Source: Kiritimatiellia bacterium (lineage in GTDB: Bacteria; Verrucomicrobiota; Kiritimatiellia; JAAZAB01). From it: a stretch of 64,000 bases of DNA. Numbering within the stretch: position 1 is the first letter of the stretch; each line of letters starts with the position of its first letter. The stretch is taken from the NCBI GenBank assembly GCA_040767085.1, contig JAXGPF010000012.1, positions 128,001 through 192,000 of the forward strand, written 5' to 3'. The notes under the pieces are model-generated. The model was given only the letters and a program-made list of their open reading frames with translations. It searched no databases and was not told the origin of the DNA. The position numbers were made by a program, and so were the translations under genes. Of the stretch, positions 48,516-58,800 are shown piece by piece.

Positions 48516-49690
48516 CGGCCGTAGCGCTGAATCGCCGCCATGGCCAGCCGCATGCTGGTCAGCCGGGTGCCGTTGTTGATCGAGCCGGCGGTTGTGAACC
48601 GCAAACCGCGCTCCAGGCGCGTCTGGTTGAAATCCCGCAGAAATTCCATGACGATGCCCATCTCGTCGTTCCGGCTATAGGTGAAAGGCGCCAGTTGGCC
48701 GTTAATCACCGCGCGCGGCAGATGCCGCCGGATTTCCGCCACGGTTACCGTCGGGCCGAAATTCGTCCCGGTCAGGTTGAGCCGGCCGAGGATGGGCAGG
48801 ATATGCGACATGGCCGAATCGCTGTGCTGGTAACGCCGGTCGCCGGGAGCGGGGCTGTAAACGTCAAAGATGCCCTGGAGGATGGGGAAGGCGAATTCCT
48901 CGTACATGGCGGGCGTGAGCAGGCAGCAGTTGTCATCGGCAAAACTGAAGCCATGCGGCGCGGTGGCAGGGGTGTAGCCCGCCTCTTCATCCAGCACCTT
49001 CGCCCGCGCGAGCATGCCCTTCAGGATCGCATCGCGCAGACGGGCGGCCAGCGGCGGATCGTCCAGGATCAGGAAGAGCAGTGGTTCCACGCCGTAAATC
49101 GAGGTGGCAAAAGTCACCGGCCCGCGTTGGTAGCGGTAAAGCGGCGGCTTGACGCCCTGTGCCATGAGGCGTTCCTTTGCGGCCGGCCATTCCGGCGGCA
49201 GAAAAAATAATTTCGGATTTTCCAGCCGGCGCGCCACCCGGTCCAGCAGCGCCGCCAATTCCGACGCGTCATGGGCGGACTGTTCCAGCCACCACGACTG
49301 GTCATGCCACACGTTTTTGGCGTCAAACAGATCGCCCAGGGTCTTGACGGGCGGATATTCCCGGCCGGGATCGCGCGGAGTTTCTCCGAGCAGGCGCCGG
49401 CCGACGATTTTTTCCGCCTGGTCGTTGTAGGCCTTGTGCAGTTCCAGGCGCCAGGCATCGTCGTGCTGGTAGCGCCAGTAATCCTCCGGCACGCCCAGCT
49501 CGCTGTAAACGCATTCGCCTGTGAGGCTGGCGCCGAAGGCCGGCTGGGGAATATGCGCGCCGAACGGATCGGCCTGGGCGATGGCCTGGTCCGCCCAGAA
49601 TTGCTCCAGATTCACCGGCGCCAGCCCGGCGTTCGCATGCGTTGCCTTAACCAGGTCCTCCGCCAGTTTTCGATCGTCATGGTTGTGCAT
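48506..49690 (-). CDS. URO-D-like family protein
   Basis: RGPVTFA, ADD.C.LL.P.MY.EF.FP, HSDS, I.GQL.P, GS....T. Confidence 0.75.
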   Translation of the reverse strand: MHNHDDRKLAEDLVKATHANAGLAPVNLEQFWADQAIAQADPFGAHIPQPAFGASLTGECVYSELGVPEDYWRYQHDDAWRLELHKAYNDQAEKIVGRRLLGETPRDPGREYPPVKTLGDLFDAKNVWHDQSWWLEQSAHDASELAALLDRVARRLENPKLFFLPPEWPAAKERLMAQGVKPPLYRYQRGPVTFATSIYGVEPLLFLILDDPPLAARLRDAILKGMLARAKVLDEEAGYTPATAPHGFSFADDNCCLLTPAMYEEFAFPILQGIFDVYSPAPGDRRYQHSDSAMSHILPILGRLNLTGTNFGPTVTVAEIRRHLPRAVINGQLAPFTYSRNDEMGIVMEFLRDFNQTRLERGLRFTTAGSINNGTRLTSMRLAMAAIQRYGRYA

Positions 49691-49819
49691 ATGGTGCCTT
49701 TCCAAAATGGGTGAATTCTTGAACAAATCGGATTGAAATGCAATGCCAGATTTCCGATCGCGCGAATGTAACCGCTCAGAATGCACGGAGCAGAACAAGT
49801 TTAGCCGCAAAAAACACAA

Positions 49820-49966
49820 GATGCAAAAATTCTTCCACGTGGTTTGACGTCATGTCGATATATTAATTATTATTTGAATTTTGATTGACATTTGAGGCGT
49901 ACTTTGTTTTTATATTGTTAAATATGTAAAATATATGTGTAATTATAGTGGTTATATAACAGAATA
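49820..49966. promoter_or_regulatory. Very AT-rich divergent promoter region
   Basis: Strong AT enrichment between divergent genes. ttgaca at 49885-49890, but no canonically spaced -10 identified. Confidence 0.5.
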
Positions 49967-51163
49967 ATGCAAAATATAGATATATATCATGTAGGCAAAT
50001 CCAAGAAGTTCCGGGATATTGTCAGATATGTGTGGCGCCGGCGCGGGATGGCGACCCGCTCGGATGTAGCGCGCGATCTGCATTTAAGCAATGCCACGGT
50101 ATTCCCGGCAATTGATCAGTTGACGCGCGCCGGAATTCTGGAGAATGTTCCATTGCAATCCAATGCCAAGGGGCGTAAACCCAGCGGGCTCCGAATTGCC
50201 GGGCGGCAATGTTTTGCGCTTGGCATATCCCTGCACAGGGAACGGGCCGAGATCGCGGCTTTGGACGCCAGCCAGCAGGTAATCTGTCAAATTGAGATGG
50301 AAAAATTGCCAACCAAGGGCGATGCGCTTTTCAAACAATTGCTGCCGGCCTTGATTAAATTCATGGGCGCCAATGGGCTTCAAGCATCCCGCCTGGCGGG
50401 GGTGGGCGTGGTTTTGCCCGGGTTTGTGGATCACAAGCATGGCATTGTCAGGCAATCATCCTGTTTTGACGCCCGGGTTCAAGTTCCGGTTGCCGCTTTT
50501 GTCGAAAAAGCCCTGGGTTGCCGCTGTATGGTGCTCAGCACCGCCCCAGTGCTGGCGCTGACGGAAAAGGAATGGGGTCTGGCCTCGGAAATGTCAACGT
50601 TCCTGTATTATTGCGGTATGGGACTGGGAATGTTTCTGGACGGGAAGCTGTTCATGGGGCATCAGAGTTACGGCGGCGAACTGGGTTTTATGAAATTCAA
50701 CGACGACCGCAAACCCGACGCCGACAGCCGCACCGGCACTTTTCACTGGGCCTCGCCCTTCCGCCAGGTCGGGCTGCGGCTGGAAACCCTGATTAAGCAA
50801 GGCGCGGAAACCATGGCCGCGGCCTGGCTGGCGGAAGGACGCGCCCTGTCCCTGGATTTGATTATCGAGGCTGCGCTCCAGGGCGATGCCCTCTGCCGCG
50901 GCCTGGTTGCCGAGGGCTTCCAGGTGGAAGCTGAAATGATGGTGAGCCTGAATTACCTGTTTAATCCGGAGGCGATTTTTTTGCAGCCCTGGACCGCGCA
51001 ATGCCCGGATATATCGCTGGACATTGTCAACCGCCGGCTGGAGTTGTGCCGGGTGATCAATCCGGATGTCAAGGTCAAGGCCATGGCTGCAAGGCATGGC
51101 CGGGCTGACCTGGCACGCGGGGTGGCCATGCTGCCGCTGAACCGGTTTTTGAGCGGTGCATAA
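49967..51163 (+). CDS. ROK family transcriptional regulator
   Basis: wHTH TRSDVARDLHLSNATV, GRKP, GVGVVLPGFVD, GLG....GK...G....GELG. Confidence 0.9.
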   Translation: MQNIDIYHVGKSKKFRDIVRYVWRRRGMATRSDVARDLHLSNATVFPAIDQLTRAGILENVPLQSNAKGRKPSGLRIAGRQCFALGISLHRERAEIAALDASQQVICQIEMEKLPTKGDALFKQLLPALIKFMGANGLQASRLAGVGVVLPGFVDHKHGIVRQSSCFDARVQVPVAAFVEKALGCRCMVLSTAPVLALTEKEWGLASEMSTFLYYCGMGLGMFLDGKLFMGHQSYGGELGFMKFNDDRKPDADSRTGTFHWASPFRQVGLRLETLIKQGAETMAAAWLAEGRALSLDLIIEAALQGDALCRGLVAEGFQVEAEMMVSLNYLFNPEAIFLQPWTAQCPDISLDIVNRRLELCRVINPDVKVKAMAARHGRADLARGVAMLPLNRFLSGA

Positions 51164-51188
51164 GGAGAATCATTACACTGGAGATAAC

Positions 51189-54100
51189 ATGCAAACGAAA
51201 CCATTTTTAATGCTGGGGTTGTGCTTGTTCCGGTTCCTGCCCGGCGCGGATGCCGTTGACCTGCAGGAGGCCAGTTACGCCAAATATTTTGACCGGGCCC
51301 AGGCGTTGATTCCGGGAGTGACGGTGGTGGAGCAATCCCTGGTTGATGCCGATGCCTGGGAAATCAAGGGCGGCCGGCTGGTTGGCGCGGATGGCGGCAT
51401 GCGGGTGGAGGCCGATGCCGCCAGCGTGGATTTGATCTGGAAGGGGCGTTTTCCGCCCGCCGACAGCCAGGATGTCCGGTTGGAATGGCGGATTACGGCG
51501 GATGCGCCGGCCCAGGTCATGTGCCATGTATTCACGGACGAACGCTTCAACCGGGTCGGCGGGTGGCAGCCGGCAGATGGCAAGACGAACAGCGTTCTTG
51601 TTTATACGCCGCCCTGGCGCCGTTATGGCGATTTGGACAAGCAGAGATTTGACGGGGTAAAATTTTCAGTCCACGGCACAAATCTGGCGGGTTCGGCGTT
51701 TACCGTCAAATTGGCGCGGCTGAAATCGGATTATTCCGAAGGATTTTTCCGTTGCAACCTGGAGCTTCCAGCCGGGGAAATATGGTCGGCCGCGGCCGAG
51801 GTCGGCGACGCGGTCACCCTGTATGTGAACGGGCGGCCGGTGGATGATGCAACGATCATCATGCCGCGGCCGACTTCGAAGGGATCAAGTTATTACCTGT
51901 CGCGCCGGGTGGACTTGCAGAAATATTTCGTCCAGGGCCGCAACGTGCTGGGCATGCACGTCAGGCGGACGGGTAACGCGCCGGCCGCATATTTGCGCGG
52001 GGCGGTGATCATGGCGGACGGCCGGCGCATGCCGCTGGATAGCAATACCGATTGGGTGTGGCACAATGCCGCTCCCGGCGGCTGGGCCGACCCGGGTTAC
52101 GATGACTCAGGATGGCGCAGGATTTTGGACCGGCATGCGAGCGCCAAGGATACGAAGCAGTCTTTCGGTTATCGCGGCCAAGACGCCATGGCCTCGCGTA
52201 TCACGGCTTTCGGGTTCTCCTACCGACCGCGGGGCAATCTGCCTTGCTATGACGGATTAATCCGGCTGTGCAATCCAGCGGACAATAAATTGTTCTTCAA
52301 TGAAGATAAAGATTTTCTGCTGGAAATCTGGATTCCGCCCGGATTCAAGGGCAAGCAGCCGGAACTGGCCTGGGAAATCCAGCGGTATCATCCGGATGGA
52401 ACATTTGAGGAAGCGGCGCAAGGCAAGGTGGTAAAATTCGATTTGGCGGAATCCCAAACCGAAGGGGTGTCCGAAGCACCGGTTAAATCTTTGGTTGGGA
52501 AAATAAATTCCGTGCGTCTGCCGCGCGGGATTTACGTGCTCACCAGCCGGTTGCGGGTCAATGGTGAAGTAATCGAGGAACGCGATCCGGAGGCGCTGGT
52601 GGTGACCGGGCGGGTGCGGATGGAAAAAGTCGCCGGGGACACCCTGGAGCAGGGGCTGGACCTGGCGCTGGAGCAGACGATTGACTTTACCGACCCGGCC
52701 GATCCGCATCCGTGGTTTGAGACAGATCACAAGGGTCCGATACCGGCGGGGCGCTGGGGCAGCAATTACTATCACACGGTTGAGCCGGCGCTGATCGTCG
52801 AGCGCAACGGCTTGAAATACCGGACGACGCGGCCGGTGGATTGGGCGCAGTTTTCCTGCCAGGTGGAATTCGGGCATCCGGGCGACTGGTACCTGCTGGC
52901 GCTGGAGTACCCGGACGATGCCGAACGCTGGATCGGCGTGTCGTGCAATGCCGACCGGCCGGCGGATCATTTGCGGAAGGCGAAGCCGGAAGAGCGGTAC
53001 AGCGCGAGTTCGAAATGCGGGCCGGCGATCTGGACGGGGGGCAAGTATCCCAACACCGGCCGAATGCTGGAGATGAAGTGGCTTTACCGGCCGGACCCGG
53101 GCGGGCATGCGATTAATGTGATGTCGTTAATGAAAGACACCGCGGCGGCGGCGGCAAGATTGAAGGTATATCACGTCCAGGGGCGCCTGAGCGAGCTGGA
53201 TGCCGGCGGCCGCCCGGAATTTGCGCAGCGCCGGTTCGGCATGGTGACCGAGCGCACTTATCCCTGGGTGAACGGCATTTACAACCTGTTCAGTTCGTTC
53301 GACAGCGGGCAGGTCATCTTACGCGGTGATCAGGGCGCTGGGCAATACACCAACAATGCCATTGTTGACTGGTGCGAGCATCTGCGGCTGCTGGAGGACG
53401 CCGCCAGCCATTACGCCGAATACATGCGGTTTGCCGGGCAGAACCTGCACGCCATGGGGTGTTTCCAGTACGGCGATGACAATACGGCGTCGCAATATAT
53501 CACCGGCGATCCGCGGATTCATGACAGCTCGGAAAACATGCTCGCCCGCGTATTGGCGGCCAATGGCCTGATGTTTTACGCCTCGGTGGAATTCATCTGC
53601 ACCCAGCGCTTGGGGCGTAAGACGCCTAAGCCGGAATGGTTTTTCACCGACCGCGAAGGCAATAACCAGGTTGCCATGTGGGCCGGTAAATTCCGGAATC
53701 TCAATTTTCTGCATCCCGAAGTAGAGTCGGAAATGATCGAGGTGGCGCGGCAGTTGGCGGAATGTTACAAGCATCAGCCGAATTTCCTGGGCATCAACTG
53801 GACCGCTTATTTCGACGGATTCTTCATCCCCAGCTATCGCAGCACCGGCGCGCCGGCGCCGGCGTTGGACCCGATGGAAAGAGGTTACGGCGATTTAACC
53901 ATCGGCATGTTCGAAAAAGATACCGGCATCAAAATTCCGGTTGCCGGCGCGAACCGTGAACCTTCCGCCTGCGAACAACGCTACCAGTTCCTGACTTCCG
54001 CGGAAATGAAGCCGGTATGGCTGAATTGGCGCGCCCGGAAGATGGCGGAATTTTTCGCCAAGGTCAACCAGGCCATCGGTGCAGTCCGGTCGGGGCTGGA

Positions 54101-55829
54101 AACTGTAGCCGGATGCTATTTGAATACCGCGCACATCTCGGAGTGGAAAGCCCGGAATATCCTCTTCCCGGATTACCTCGATCAATGGGGCTGGAATCCG
54201 GAAACGTTTCAGGAGCTGGAAGGAGTCTGGTTGATGCCCTGGTTGCCGGTGGCGGCGCGTTACGCGCCCGCGGCGCGCGCCCATGGATACGCGTTCGGCT
54301 GGCAGGGCAACCATGACCCGGATTTCTACCGTCCGTTTAACATTTTGAATAAACGGGCGATGATGCTGCATGCCGGTTGGATCGAAGTCGAGCGCATTGC
54401 GGCGAATTATCCTTACCGGGCGGGCTGGCCGCGGCCGTACCAGCAGACGATGATGGGGCAGCAGCGGGAGGAGATGGCGCTGGAGCCCTATACCCAGGCC
54501 ATGATCGGGATGGACCCGCAAATGGTAATGATGGGCTTCACCGATGTGTCGCCTTACGTGGGCGTGGAGGGGATGCAGCGTAAATTCGCGCGCGTGCTCC
54601 GGCGTCTGCCGTGGGGCCGGTTCGAGCCGGTATTGAACACGGGGTTTGACTCAAACTTCGCCATCCGCGCGCTGCGCGCGGGCAATGATTATCTTTTCTA
54701 TGTCGCCAATCCGGGATACTGGCCGGTCACCGGGACGGTGACGCTGGCCAATGCCGGGGAAGTCATTGACCTGGTGTCGGGGAAATCCGCGGCGGTGCAG
54801 GACGGCGCCATCCGGGTGGCGCTGGAGCCGTTTGGCATTGCCGCCTTCCGCGCATCTGAAATCTCAAACTTGTCCCGCGCCCAGCGGGATTTGAAACCTC
54901 AAATGCCGCAAATCACTGCCTGGACGGCCGACCCGCTCCCGGCATCGGAGCTGGCGCATATGCAAAACATGCTGCGACTGGCGGAGGATGCGGCGGCGCA
55001 GCCGGGGATGGCGGAATTTCTCGGCGCGCAGGATTATGGGGTTTTGACAGGCGGCATGGCGGCGGCGGAACATGCGCTGGGTGAAAGCCGGTATGCGGCA
55101 GCCTGGGCGGCCCTGGCCGATGCGGGATTCTGGACAGTCGTGCGCCAGCAGGCGCCGGAAATAAAATTCCTGGAATTCACGCGGCTGCGCGAGATGCCGG
55201 CGCCGCTGCTGGATGACGGCCTGGCGCCCGTGATTGACGGCGTCTTGGATGACCACGTCTGGAACGATGAAATTACAAAACCTGCCGGACGTTTTGTCAC
55301 GATTGGCAAGGCCTATTCCGAATTGGAGACAGATGTGCGCGTGGCGGCCGCCGCCGGCAAGCTGTGGCTGGCTTTTGAAATGCGCGATCCGGAACCGGCT
55401 AAAGTCCGCGGCGTCACCGACAGGGAAAATGTCCGGGGCACCATCTGGGGTTCCGGCGACGATATCGCGGTGTTTTTCATCATGCCCAATGCATCCAATT
55501 ATTACCAGTTGGCGGTCACCGCCAACGGCGCGGTCTTTGCCCAGCAGAATTACCTGCGGGACGGCCGCCGCACCGGGGTGAATTACGATTATGCGCCGGA
55601 CTGGAAAGCCGTTGCCGCCCGGAGCGATCAAGGCTGGAACGTTGAGGTGGAATTTGAACTGGCGGATGCCTTCGGAGAACGAATCCGGAATGGTGACGCG
55701 TGGAAATTCAATTTTCACCGGATGTTCCGCCTGAAGCAATATCCGCTGGAATCATGGTCCTTTAATCCCGGGGACTTGCATTCCATCGGACATTTCGGGA
55801 CCGTGCGCTTTGAAAAACCGGAACGTTGA
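51189..55829 (+). CDS. Very large secreted putative carbohydrate-active protein (jelly-roll, GH-like barrel and CBM9-like C-terminus)
   Basis: Signal peptide; LYVNG...G.N.LG.HV; NFLHPEV; FLGINW; C-terminal IDGVLDD..W, YYQ.AV, GWNVEV. Confidence 0.65.
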   Translation: MQTKPFLMLGLCLFRFLPGADAVDLQEASYAKYFDRAQALIPGVTVVEQSLVDADAWEIKGGRLVGADGGMRVEADAASVDLIWKGRFPPADSQDVRLEWRITADAPAQVMCHVFTDERFNRVGGWQPADGKTNSVLVYTPPWRRYGDLDKQRFDGVKFSVHGTNLAGSAFTVKLARLKSDYSEGFFRCNLELPAGEIWSAAAEVGDAVTLYVNGRPVDDATIIMPRPTSKGSSYYLSRRVDLQKYFVQGRNVLGMHVRRTGNAPAAYLRGAVIMADGRRMPLDSNTDWVWHNAAPGGWADPGYDDSGWRRILDRHASAKDTKQSFGYRGQDAMASRITAFGFSYRPRGNLPCYDGLIRLCNPADNKLFFNEDKDFLLEIWIPPGFKGKQPELAWEIQRYHPDGTFEEAAQGKVVKFDLAESQTEGVSEAPVKSLVGKINSVRLPRGIYVLTSRLRVNGEVIEERDPEALVVTGRVRMEKVAGDTLEQGLDLALEQTIDFTDPADPHPWFETDHKGPIPAGRWGSNYYHTVEPALIVERNGLKYRTTRPVDWAQFSCQVEFGHPGDWYLLALEYPDDAERWIGVSCNADRPADHLRKAKPEERYSASSKCGPAIWTGGKYPNTGRMLEMKWLYRPDPGGHAINVMSLMKDTAAAAARLKVYHVQGRLSELDAGGRPEFAQRRFGMVTERTYPWVNGIYNLFSSFDSGQVILRGDQGAGQYTNNAIVDWCEHLRLLEDAASHYAEYMRFAGQNLHAMGCFQYGDDNTASQYITGDPRIHDSSENMLARVLAANGLMFYASVEFICTQRLGRKTPKPEWFFTDREGNNQVAMWAGKFRNLNFLHPEVESEMIEVARQLAECYKHQPNFLGINWTAYFDGFFIPSYRSTGAPAPALDPMERGYGDLTIGMFEKDTGIKIPVAGANREPSACEQRYQFLTSAEMKPVWLNWRARKMAEFFAKVNQAIGAVRSGLETVAGCYLNTAHISEWKARNILFPDYLDQWGWNPETFQELEGVWLMPWLPVAARYAPAARAHGYAFGWQGNHDPDFYRPFNILNKRAMMLHAGWIEVERIAANYPYRAGWPRPYQQTMMGQQREEMALEPYTQAMIGMDPQMVMMGFTDVSPYVGVEGMQRKFARVLRRLPWGRFEPVLNTGFDSNFAIRALRAGNDYLFYVANPGYWPVTGTVTLANAGEVIDLVSGKSAAVQDGAIRVALEPFGIAAFRASEISNLSRAQRDLKPQMPQITAWTADPLPASELAHMQNMLRLAEDAAAQPGMAEFLGAQDYGVLTGGMAAAEHALGESRYAAAWAALADAGFWTVVRQQAPEIKFLEFTRLREMPAPLLDDGLAPVIDGVLDDHVWNDEITKPAGRFVTIGKAYSELETDVRVAAAAGKLWLAFEMRDPEPAKVRGVTDRENVRGTIWGSGDDIAVFFIMPNASNYYQLAVTANGAVFAQQNYLRDGRRTGVNYDYAPDWKAVAARSDQGWNVEVEFELADAFGERIRNGDAWKFNFHRMFRLKQYPLESWSFNPGDLHSIGHFGTVRFEKPER
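52227..52952. repeat. Near-identical block shared with 56946-57671
   Basis: About four substitutions in ~725 bp by eye. Confidence 0.92.
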
Positions 55830-55886
55830 CATTGCCGGCAGAATTACCGGATTCAGCCTTTCATCTAATCGTTATCAGGAGAAAAA

Positions 55887-58800
55887 ATGAAATGCGCATT
55901 GTTGGCAGGATGTTTGTTGGGCGCTGCGCTGTCGAACGTTCCGGCAAGCTCATGCCTGGACGGTTCATACGCGGAATATTGGGGACGGGCGGACGCGCTC
56001 CTGCCGGGGATGACCCGCCTTGCTGAAGATTTGGCGGTGGCAGGCGAATGGGAAATTGTCGGCGGCCGGCGGGTGGAGGCCCCCGGCGCGGCCGGCATTG
56101 CCGCAACCGCGGATGGCGGGACGCTTGCGTTTATCTGGAAGGGCGGCTTGGCGCGTGAATATCCGCTGCTGACTATCGGGCTCAACCTGGCGGCGGAACT
56201 GCCGGCGCCGGCGCAGGTTCTGTTTTACCTGTATGCTGATGGCGAATTTAAAACGGAAAAAGGCGCCAAGCGGGTTCAAATCAATGCGGGGAACCCGACA
56301 AACTTGACTTTCCATATTCCGCCATCGCGCGGGGCCCGCCGTTATGGCGCCGCCGGCGCGGGTTTGGTTGACGGTTTTAAAATTGAGTTCACCGGCAGTA
56401 ACCTGGCCGGCCAGACCGTTGCATTGCATGGTCCGCGTTTGACGGCTGAGTATTTTGAAGGCTTTTTCCGCCGGAACATCTTCATTCCGGAAGGAGCTGT
56501 CTGGGAGGCTGTGGCGGAAGTAGGAAGTTACAGCGAGTTTTATGTTAATGGGAAATTGGTGGAGGATGAAAGCATTGTGCTGCCCCGGCCGGTAAATACC
56601 GGACCCGAAATGTATGGATCGCGCCGGATTTCATTGAAAAATCACATCCAAACCGGGAAAAACACGCTCGGATTGCATGTCAAACGGTTTGGCAGCGCGC
56701 CGGCGGCGTATCTTTGCGGATCGGTGATAATGGCGGACGGCCAACGCATTCCGCTGGACAGCGGGACAAATTGGATATGGAATCGGGTCGCGCCAGATAA
56801 TTGGCCTGCGCCGGGTTACAACGATGCCGGATGGATGCAAGTCAAAAATCAGTCCGAGATGCCGCGCGAACATGGATTGGGTTCATATTATAAAGGCGAT
56901 GCAGCCGTCGCATGCCCAATGGCGAATATCGGTCTTTCCTACCGTCCGCGGGGCAATCTGCCTTGCTATGACGGATTAATCCGGCTGTGCAATCCAGCGG
57001 ACAATAAATTGTTCTTCAATGAAGATAAAGATTTTCTGCTGGAAATCTGGATTCCGCCCGGATTCAAGGACAAGCAGCCGGAACTGGCCTGGGAAATCCA
57101 GCGGTATCATCCGGATGGAACATTTGAGGAAGCGGCGCAAGGCAAGGTGGTAAAATTCGATTTAGCGGAATCCCAAACCGAAGGGGTGTCCGAAGCACCG
57201 GTTAAATCTTTGGTTGGGAAAATAAATTCCGTGCGTCTGCCGCGCGGGATTTACGTGCTCACCAGCCGGTTGCGGGTCAATGGTGAAGTAATCGAGGAAC
57301 GCGATCCGGAGGCGCTGGTGGTGACCGGGCGGGTGCGGATGGAAAAAGTCGCCGGGGACACCCTGGAGCAGGGGCTGGACCTGGCGCTGGAGCAGACGAT
57401 TGACTTTACCGACCCGGCCGATCCGCATCCGTGGTTTGAGACAGATCACAAGGGTCCGATACCGGCGGGGCGCTGGGGCAGCAATTACTATCACACGGTT
57501 GAGCCGGCGCTGATCGTCGAGCGCAACGGCTTGAAATACCGGACGACCCGGCCGGTGGATTGGGCGCAGTTTTCCTACCAGGTGGAATTCGGGCATCCGG
57601 GCGACTGGTACCTGCTGGCGCTGGAGTACCCGGACGATGCCGAACGCTGGATCGGCGTGTCGTGCAATGCCGGCCGGACCCCGGAACACCTGCGCCGCGC
57701 CAAGCCGGAAGAGCAGTACAGCGCGAGTTCGAAGTGCGGGCCGGCGATCTGGACGGGGGGCAAGTATCCCAACACCGGCCGAATGCTGGAGATGCAGTGG
57801 CTTTACCGGCCGGACCCGGGCGGGCATGCGATTAATGTGATGTCGCTGATGAAAGACACCGCGGCGGCGGCGGCAAAGCTTAAAATCTACCACGTAAAAG
57901 GGCGGTTGCCGGAATTGGATGCCGGCGCCATAACGCCCGCCGGGCAGCGCCGGTTCGGCATGGTGACCGAGCGCACCTATCCCTGGGCGAGCGGCATATA
58001 CAACCTGTTCAGTTCGTTCGACAGCAGGCAGGTCGCCTTGCGCGGCGATAAAGGCGCTGGGCAATACACCAACAATGCCATTGTTGACTGGTGCGAGCAT
58101 CTGCGGCTGCTGGAGGACGCCGCCAGCCATTACGCCGAATACATGCGGTTTGCCGGGCAGAACCTGCACGCCATGGGGTGTTTCCAGTACGGCGATGACA
58201 ATACGGCGTCGCAATATATCACCGGCGATCTGCGGATTCATGACAGTTCGAAAAACATGCTCGCCCGGGTGCTGGCGGCCAACGATCTCATGTTCTATGC
58301 CTCGGTGGAATTCATCTGCACCGAACGGCTGGGGCGGCGTGAACTCGATCCGGAATGGTATTTTGCCGACCGCGCCGGCAACCGCGCCATCAGGTTGTGG
58401 GCCAATAAACCGCTGAACCTCAATTTCCTGCACCCGGCCGTGGAGTCGGAAATGCTGGAACTGGCGCGGCAGCTGGCGGAATGTTTCCAGCATCAGCCGA
58501 ATTTTCTGGGCATCAACTGGACCGCTTATTTTTCCGGATTCTGGATTCCCAGCTACCGGAATTATAGCCACCCGTATAATGACGAGGTGGACCCGCTGGA
58601 AACCGGATATGACGACTTTACCGTGGGTTTATTCGAAAAAGACACCGGCATCAAAATTCCGGTTGCCGGCGCGAACCGTGCACCTTCCATCTACGAACAA
58701 CGCTACCAGTTCCTGACTTCCGCGCAAATGAAGCCGGTATGGCTGAATTGGCGCGCCCGGAAGATGGCCGAATTTTTCGCCAAGGTAAACCGGACCATCG

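Noticed and set aside
49801-49830. ttagccgcaaaaaacacaaga as another palindromic-element arm
   Set aside because: No matching opposite arm found; too short to support.
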